Assembly: GCA_016861085.1 (NCBI GenBank)
Contig: BOKR01000001.1
Location: forward strand, 515,271 to 579,270
Reading direction: 5' to 3'
Length of the DNA stretch: 64,000 bases
Origin: Patescibacteria group bacterium
Lineage (GTDB): Bacteria > Patescibacteriota > Microgenomatia > UBA1400 > PJMF01
The notes under the pieces are model-generated. The model made no database searches. It was given only the letters and a program-made list of their open reading frames with translations, and was not told the DNA's origin. Position numbers and translations under genes: made by a program. Position 1 is the stretch's first letter. Every line of letters starts with the position of its first letter. Below, piece after piece: positions 58,063-64,000 of this stretch.

Positions 58063-58344
58063 ATGGCGAATCCACTCAAAGCCCTCGGAGACTTAAACAA
58101 ACTCAGAAAACAGGCACAACAAATGCAACAGCAATTACAAGCTGAAGAAATCAGAATTGAAGAAGGTGATATTTTAGTCGTTATTTCTGGTGACCAAAAA
58201 ATCAAACAGTTCTCTGTCCAAGGAGTTTCAAGCCCAGAAGCGATTGAAGTTTTGAACAAAGCAATCAAAAAATCACAAGAACTAGCTGCCAAAAAACTGC
58301 AAGCAATGACCGGCGGACTCGGCGGTATGCTTGGTGGAAATTAA
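58063..58344 (+). CDS. ybaB: Nucleoid-associated protein YbaB/EbfC
   Basis: 93 aa, coiled N-terminus QAQQMQQQLQ, typical size and position downstream of dnaX. RBS aaggaaa. Confidence 0.8.
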   Translation: MANPLKALGDLNKLRKQAQQMQQQLQAEEIRIEEGDILVVISGDQKIKQFSVQGVSSPEAIEVLNKAIKKSQELAAKKLQAMTGGLGGMLGGN

Positions 58345-58358
58345 TTTTTTAAAGCTTA

Positions 58359-58958
58359 ATGCAAATCCTATTTGCTTCACAAAATAAAGGCAAACAAAAT
58401 GAGGCAAGGGCTTTATTTAAAGACTTACCTGTCGAATTTGTGTTTCCTGATCAATTTCCCGAGTTGGCTGGATTTGATCCAGAGGAAACAGGAACAACAT
58501 TTGCAGAAAATGCCCTCTTGAAAGCTCGAGCATATGCAGAGGTAGTACAAATCCCTTGCATTGCTGATGATTCTGGGGTTGAGGTTGACGGCATGGATCA
58601 GCTTCCTGGAGTTCATTCTAATCGTTGGTTTGAAGGAACTGCTGATGAACGTAACGAAGAAGTGCTCAAAAGACTAACCCCAGACAAACCACGAACGGCT
58701 CGGTATATTACTGTGGCCTGTTATTACGACCCAGTATCAGAGGAGTATGCTTTGTATGAAGAGACTCAAGAAGGCTCGATCGCTCATAAAAGTGTACAAG
58801 GTGAGGGTTTTGACTATGATCGAATTTTTATTCCAGAGGGTTATGACAAAACCTACTCCCAACTCGGCCAAGAGGTGAAAAATCAAAATTCACAACGAGC
58901 TCGAGCGTATAGAAAGCTTCACGAGTTCCTCAAAGAACTGCTTGCCCTTAAACGCTAA
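58359..58958 (+). CDS. rdgB: Non-canonical purine NTP pyrophosphatase (Ham1/RdgB)
   Basis: ILFASQNKGK N-terminus; FAENALLKA; ADDSG motifs. Confidence 0.8.
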   Translation: MQILFASQNKGKQNEARALFKDLPVEFVFPDQFPELAGFDPEETGTTFAENALLKARAYAEVVQIPCIADDSGVEVDGMDQLPGVHSNRWFEGTADERNEEVLKRLTPDKPRTARYITVACYYDPVSEEYALYEETQEGSIAHKSVQGEGFDYDRIFIPEGYDKTYSQLGQEVKNQNSQRARAYRKLHEFLKELLALKR

Positions 58959-58976
58959 TCCTGTATAGTATGTGGC

Positions 58977-60182
58977 ATGAACGAATACATTCCCTCTAAA
59001 AAAATATTACAAAAATACGCAGATGTACTGGTTAATTTCGCACTTAATGGCGGTAGTGGTATTAAGAAAGGTGAAGTAGTCCAAATTACTGTGCCTGACG
59101 TTGCCAAACCACTCGCTAAGGAACTATATATTGCAGCACTCAAAGCTGGTGCACACCCAATGCTTCGACTTGTCCCAACAGGGTTTGATCGTGACTTTTA
59201 TTCCTATGCATCACAAGATCAACTCACACACTTCCCTGAAAAATTTTTGCGTGCAAAAGCTGACTTGCTAGATCATGTCATCTCAGTTATTGCCGATCCT
59301 GACCCAAATGAATTGAAAGGTATCGATTCAAAAAAAATTATGCTCTCCCGAGAGGCTCAATATCCATACAGAGAATGGCTGTTTGATAAAGAACACAAAA
59401 AACAATTTAGCTGGACTTTAGGACTTTGGGGAACCCAGGCAAAAGCTGATATTGTTGGTCTTTCACTCAAAAAGTACTGGGATCAAATTATCAGTGCCTG
59501 TTTTCTTGATAAGCCAGATCCTGTAGCTGAATGGAAAAAACTTACAAAAATGCAACGAGACATCAAGGACAAACTCAATGCTTTAGAAATCGATACAGTT
59601 CGTGTCGTCGGACCCGATGTTGATCTTACCATTAAGCTTGGTGCAAATCGTGCTTGGAAAACTGGTAGTGGCTGTAATATTCCTTCGTTTGAACACTTCA
59701 CTTCACCAGATTGGAGAGGCACACATGGCTGGATCTCATTCAATCAACCATTATATCGATATGGCAATGTAATTGAAGGTGTAAAACTAGAATTTAAAGA
59801 CGGTATTGTTACAAAAGCAACAGCTAAAAAGGGAAAAAAGGTTTTATTAGACATGTTGGCTACAAAAAATGCTAATAAGTTGGGTGAATTTTCACTCACT
59901 GATACTCGCTTTTCTAGAATTACCCACCCAATGGCTGAAACATTATTTGATGAAAACATTGGTGGACCATTTGGAAATACTCATGTAGCTGTGGGTATGG
60001 CTTACAAGGATTGTTATAAAGGTGATGCCGCCACAGTGTCTGAAAATGAATGGGAACAAATGGGATATAACAACTCTTCAGTACACACCGATATTGTTAG
60101 CACAACAGATAGGACTGTGACTGCCACATTGGTTTCTGGAGAAAAGTTGGTAATTTATCAAAACGGTCAATTTACCTTGTAA
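58977..60182 (+). CDS. M29-family aminopeptidase (AmpS/PepS-type)
   Basis: N-terminus YADVLVNFALNGGSGIKKGEVV typical of thermophilic-metalloprotease M29 family. 401 aa. Confidence 0.65.
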   Translation: MNEYIPSKKILQKYADVLVNFALNGGSGIKKGEVVQITVPDVAKPLAKELYIAALKAGAHPMLRLVPTGFDRDFYSYASQDQLTHFPEKFLRAKADLLDHVISVIADPDPNELKGIDSKKIMLSREAQYPYREWLFDKEHKKQFSWTLGLWGTQAKADIVGLSLKKYWDQIISACFLDKPDPVAEWKKLTKMQRDIKDKLNALEIDTVRVVGPDVDLTIKLGANRAWKTGSGCNIPSFEHFTSPDWRGTHGWISFNQPLYRYGNVIEGVKLEFKDGIVTKATAKKGKKVLLDMLATKNANKLGEFSLTDTRFSRITHPMAETLFDENIGGPFGNTHVAVGMAYKDCYKGDAATVSENEWEQMGYNNSSVHTDIVSTTDRTVTATLVSGEKLVIYQNGQFTL

Positions 60183-60226
60183 AAGGTAATGAATTATTGA
60201 CGAACGAGTAAAATATATTTAAAACT

Positions 60227-62041
60227 TTATCTCTTTAACGCCTTGACCCGGGCATCTTTGGTTAATAACTTTTTGCGAAGTCTTAAAGATATTGGCGTTA
60301 CTTCAAGCAATTCATCGTCCTCAATAAAGTCTAGGCAACGTTCCAAACTCATTTCAACCGGTGGTGCAATTTTGAGCATCACATCTGCATTTGATCTAAA
60401 GTTAGTTAACTGTTTTCCCTTGGCAATATTCATTTCCATATCTTCTTGTTTTCGGTTCAAGCCAATGATTTGACCCTCATATACATTTGCACCAGCAGGA
60501 ACAAACGTATCACCTCTTTTTTGGATTGCGTCAAGTGCATAGGTGGTTGCAACACCACTCTCAGAAGCAATTAAAACACCATTACGCATTCTTTCAACGG
60601 CTTCACCAGCTGGGAAGTATCCTAAAAATCTACTGGCAAACAATCCATTTCCTCTTGTTTTAGTTAAGATTTCACTTCTAAATCCAAGTAAATTTCTGCT
60701 TGAAATCTCAAACACCATTCTTGTATTCCCTTTTTCGTTGGTCACAGAATCTTTCATCATTGCTCTTCTCTTTCCAAGTTCTTCAACAATGACACCAGTG
60801 TAGCTGCTTTCAATTTCAACAGTTAGCTCTTCTATTGGCTCATGCAATGTTCCGTCGATTTCTTTCAAAATAACTTCAGGTTTTCCGACTTCAAGCTCAT
60901 ATCCTTCACGGCGCATATTCTCAATGAGCACTGCTAAATGAAGCTCACCTCTGCCTGAAACAATAAAACCAGTTCCATTTGGATTTGGATTGATTCTCAA
61001 GCCAATATTGGTTTTCTTCTCTTTTAGTAATCTATCTCCGATTTGTCTGACAGTAGAAAATTCACCTTCTTTACCAGAAAAGGGAGAGGTATTAGCAGCA
61101 ATTTGAATATTTAGAGTAGGCTCGGTGACATAGATCATTGGATATCCTGTTAGATCATTTGGATCAGTCACAGTCTGGCCAATCTTGACATCAGTGATTC
61201 CAGTCAAAGAAATAATGTCTCCAGGAATACTTTCTGGAACTTCAATTGTCTCCAAACCTTTACTCGTAAAAACACCTTGAACTTTGTAATTTCCAACCTT
61301 ATCATTCTCTTCTAAAAGAGCAATTTGTTGGCCTGTTTTTATAACACCTTGTTTTACTTTACCAATAGCACGAACTCCTTTGTAAATATCATATTCAATA
61401 TTTGAGACCTGCATTTTAAATGGAAGTGTTTCATTTGTGACTGGTGCGGGAACTTCGTTTAGGATAGTTTCAAACAAAGGTTCTAGTGTGGCTGGTTCAT
61501 CAAATGACTGTGGCATTGAAAGCCATGCTTTTCCTTCTCTGGCAACTGCATATAAAATTGGGAAAATAAGCTGGTCATCACGGTGCGCAAGTTGCAAAAA
61601 TAAATCTTCAACTTCTTGCTGAACACGAGCCACTTCTGCATCTTTACGATCAATTTTGTTGATTACAACAATCATCTGCAAATTGTTAGCGAGCGCCTTT
61701 TCCAAAACAAATCGAGTTTGGGGCAATGGACCTTCAGCTGCATCAACAATTAACAGTGCACCTTCTGCCATACTAATAACGCGTTCAACTTCACCACCAA
61801 AATCAGCGTGACCTGGAGTATCAATAATATTGATTTTGATATCATTATAGGCAACAGAAGTTGTTTTAGCTAAAATGGTAATACCACGTTCTCTTTCTTG
61901 GTCATTGCTGTCCAGAATAGTGGTTTGCTGCATCTCAGCCTGATTGTCACGAAACGTCTTAGTTTGCTTGAGCATACCATCCACAAGTGTAGTCTTACCG
62001 TGGTCAACGTGTGCAATGATTGCGATATTTCTTAATTCCAT
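60227..62041 (-). CDS. typA: Translational GTPase TypA/BipA
   Basis: IAIIAHVDHGKTTLVD G1, DTPGHADFGGEV G3, NKIDR G4. Length 604 aa. Confidence 0.9.
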   Translation of the reverse strand: MELRNIAIIAHVDHGKTTLVDGMLKQTKTFRDNQAEMQQTTILDSNDQERERGITILAKTTSVAYNDIKINIIDTPGHADFGGEVERVISMAEGALLIVDAAEGPLPQTRFVLEKALANNLQMIVVINKIDRKDAEVARVQQEVEDLFLQLAHRDDQLIFPILYAVAREGKAWLSMPQSFDEPATLEPLFETILNEVPAPVTNETLPFKMQVSNIEYDIYKGVRAIGKVKQGVIKTGQQIALLEENDKVGNYKVQGVFTSKGLETIEVPESIPGDIISLTGITDVKIGQTVTDPNDLTGYPMIYVTEPTLNIQIAANTSPFSGKEGEFSTVRQIGDRLLKEKKTNIGLRINPNPNGTGFIVSGRGELHLAVLIENMRREGYELEVGKPEVILKEIDGTLHEPIEELTVEIESSYTGVIVEELGKRRAMMKDSVTNEKGNTRMVFEISSRNLLGFRSEILTKTRGNGLFASRFLGYFPAGEAVERMRNGVLIASESGVATTYALDAIQKRGDTFVPAGANVYEGQIIGLNRKQEDMEMNIAKGKQLTNFRSNADVMLKIAPPVEMSLERCLDFIEDDELLEVTPISLRLRKKLLTKDARVKALKR

Positions 62042-62091
62042 ATGTTCCTTAATTTAGGCGAAACGTATATTATACCCTAAAACAGACAATT

Positions 62092-63792
62092 TTGGTAGTT
62101 ATGCGTAATAAAAGAATGTTTTACACTGTGATAATGGAAAACGAAAACACAAATAACCCAGTAGCATATTTTTGCGCCGAATTCGGCTTTGACCCCAAAA
62201 TTCCGATTTATGCTGGGGGCTTAGGAGTATTGTCAGGAGACACTATTAAAGAAGCCGCAGATCAAAACATCCCTTTCATAGGAATAGGTTTGATGTACAG
62301 AGGCTACGGGGTTATCCAAAAAATAGATGCTGATGGCCTACAATTTGAAGAAAATAACCTTTTTGATCCGGCTGTTGTTGGACTTGAACATGTGTATCTA
62401 GATGAGATGCCACTGTTTATTAAAGTTCATCTCACAGAACTTGATGTTTGGGTACGAGTTTGGAAAAAAACATTTTCAGAGCAAGTAACGCTATATCTAC
62501 TTGACACTGAAACCGATCAAAACATGCCAACTGAACGTAGTATCACTTCAACACTATATTCTGGTACTCCAGATACCATGCTTAAACAACAGCTGATTTT
62601 GGGTATTGGAGGAGTAAAACTACTCAATACCCTTGGAATTAAGCCAAAGGTGTACCACATGAATGAAGGTAGACCAAACTTTTTGCATTGGGAAGTAATA
62701 CGAGAACTTATGAGAACACATGAAATTTCTTATAAGCAAGCTAAAGAAATCGCTATTAGTAAAACTGTATATACCAATCACACATTAGTTGCTGCAGGTA
62801 ATCAAAGCTATCCAAAAGATTTATTAGCTTTATACAGTGAATATTACGCTGAAAAAATGGGAATCGCTGTAAGCGAACTACTTGCTGACGGCATAACTGA
62901 AGAAGCACCTGATCAATTTTCAGTGACACAAGCAGCACTTAACACTTCAAGAACGGCAAATGGAGTGAGTGCCTACCATACACAACTATCACAAAAACTT
63001 TGGCCATCATACAACTGGGTTAACATCACCAATGGGGTTCATATGCCTACCTGGCAATCAACAACTGTGAAAGATGCTGCTGCTCATCCTGAAGCACTTT
63101 GGCAGGCACATGTTCTTGAAAAAAGAAATTTAGCTGAATTTGTTAAACAAAGAACTGGATACTCTTTCAATCCTGAGTATATGGTTATTTCATGGGCTAG
63201 AAGACTAGCCGGCTACAAACAGTTCAATATCTTATTCGAAGATCTTGAGCGACTTAAAAAAATTGTTGCAGACTCAAAAAAACCAGTCCAAATTTTGATG
63301 TCTGGCAAAGCACATTCTGGTGACACTGCAGGAAAACAAGAGTTGCAAAAAATCATTAAGATTATGGCAAATGAACTTGCAGGTCATGCACTCTTTATTC
63401 CAAACTATGACATTTCAATTGCTCAAATGCTAGTTAAAGGGAGTGACCTTTGGTTAAATACACCAAAAATGGGCTATGAAGCAAGTGGTACTTCTGGAAT
63501 GAAAGCAATTGCTAATGGTGTGATTAATCTCACAGTAATGGATGGGTGGTCAAAAGAAGTTAATTGGAACGGTGTTGGTTTTGTATTAGATGACAAAAAT
63601 TTGCCACTTGATTTATACGACCAACTAGAAAAAAATTGTATTTCATTATTTTATAACAGATCTGAAAATGGCATTCCAGAACAATGGGTTGCAATGATGC
63701 AGAAATCAATTGAGTTATCAAATAAATTCAGCACACAAAGGATGCTTAAAGAATATACAGAAAGACTATACAATGGCCATACAAAAGTATAA
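62092..63792 (+). CDS. glgP: Alpha-glucan (glycogen/maltodextrin) phosphorylase, short GT35 type
   Basis: YFCAEFG...GGLGVLSGD N-terminal motif, and PLP-site region MSGKAHSGD...GTSGMK. The true start may be the internal ATG (MENENT...). Confidence 0.7.
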   Translation: MVVMRNKRMFYTVIMENENTNNPVAYFCAEFGFDPKIPIYAGGLGVLSGDTIKEAADQNIPFIGIGLMYRGYGVIQKIDADGLQFEENNLFDPAVVGLEHVYLDEMPLFIKVHLTELDVWVRVWKKTFSEQVTLYLLDTETDQNMPTERSITSTLYSGTPDTMLKQQLILGIGGVKLLNTLGIKPKVYHMNEGRPNFLHWEVIRELMRTHEISYKQAKEIAISKTVYTNHTLVAAGNQSYPKDLLALYSEYYAEKMGIAVSELLADGITEEAPDQFSVTQAALNTSRTANGVSAYHTQLSQKLWPSYNWVNITNGVHMPTWQSTTVKDAAAHPEALWQAHVLEKRNLAEFVKQRTGYSFNPEYMVISWARRLAGYKQFNILFEDLERLKKIVADSKKPVQILMSGKAHSGDTAGKQELQKIIKIMANELAGHALFIPNYDISIAQMLVKGSDLWLNTPKMGYEASGTSGMKAIANGVINLTVMDGWSKEVNWNGVGFVLDDKNLPLDLYDQLEKNCISLFYNRSENGIPEQWVAMMQKSIELSNKFSTQRMLKEYTERLYNGHTKV

Positions 63793-63818
63793 AAAATTTT
63801 ATTCATTAATGGTTGAAC

Positions 63819-64000
63819 AAAACGAAGCATTACTTAATACATTTGACCGGATTCATGCAGAGTATGTCCTCAATCCAAGTAAGAATGAAAAGGAATTTAA
63901 TAAGGTTGGCTTAGATGTCGTTGATATTGTCAGATTCTGGGAACGCAAATTATGTTCTGGCATGGAACGAGGTAATAACGGCGTGTATTCTGATAAACTA
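63819..64000 (+). CDS. Hypothetical protein, 3' partial (runs off the window)
   Basis: Open frame from ATG 63819 to the window end (about 60 aa). No motif recognised. Confidence 0.25.

Noticed and set aside
56777-58292. ORFs 56777-57286 (minus strand) and 57975-58292 (minus strand)
   Set aside because: They are antisense to dnaX and ybaB respectively and are Ser/Cys-rich translations of the complementary strand.
1-64000. Possibility of UGA-recoded (genetic code 25) lineage, CRISPR arrays, tRNA/rRNA genes or mobile elements
   Set aside because: TGA is used as a genuine stop in several ATGA overlaps and all long ORFs are intact under code 11. I saw no direct-repeat arrays and no tRNA-like cloverleaf candidates in the few short intergenic gaps. 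No transposase, integrase or IS-like gene was found.

Overview
This window is AT-rich (roughly one-third GC by eye), densely coding and uses the standard genetic code: many genes overlap in ATGA or TAATG form, with TGA serving as the stop. No rRNA, tRNA, CRISPR array or mobile element was found. About 48 kb (1-48994) is one large cell-surface glycosylation region. It holds: (i) a nonulosonic-acid (pseudaminic/legionaminic-like) module: DegT-family aminotransferase, NeuB-family synthase, PseH-like GNAT acetyltransferase; (ii) a 17-gene minus-strand operon with wecB/wecC-like genes, GT2/GT4 glycosyltransferases, three methyltransferases, two polyprenol-phosphate-sugar synthase-like GT2s with a DUF2304 partner, and two SDR epimerases; (iii) an unusual array of about 11 polytopic GT-C-type membrane glycosyltransferases in at least two families. 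There are four YfhO-like paralogs and four PMT/ArnT-like paralogs, one of which is split by a frameshift at a T homopolymer; (iv) a Wzx-type flippase, an LCP-family ligase and rfbBCD. The last ~13 kb is housekeeping: trmD, gltX, ybeY, dnaX, ybaB, rdgB, an M29 aminopeptidase, typA and an alpha-glucan phosphorylase. The gene order and content suggest a streamlined Gram-positive-type or CPR-like (Saccharibacteria-like) genome. All functional calls come from motif and family recognition by eye; no database searches were run.
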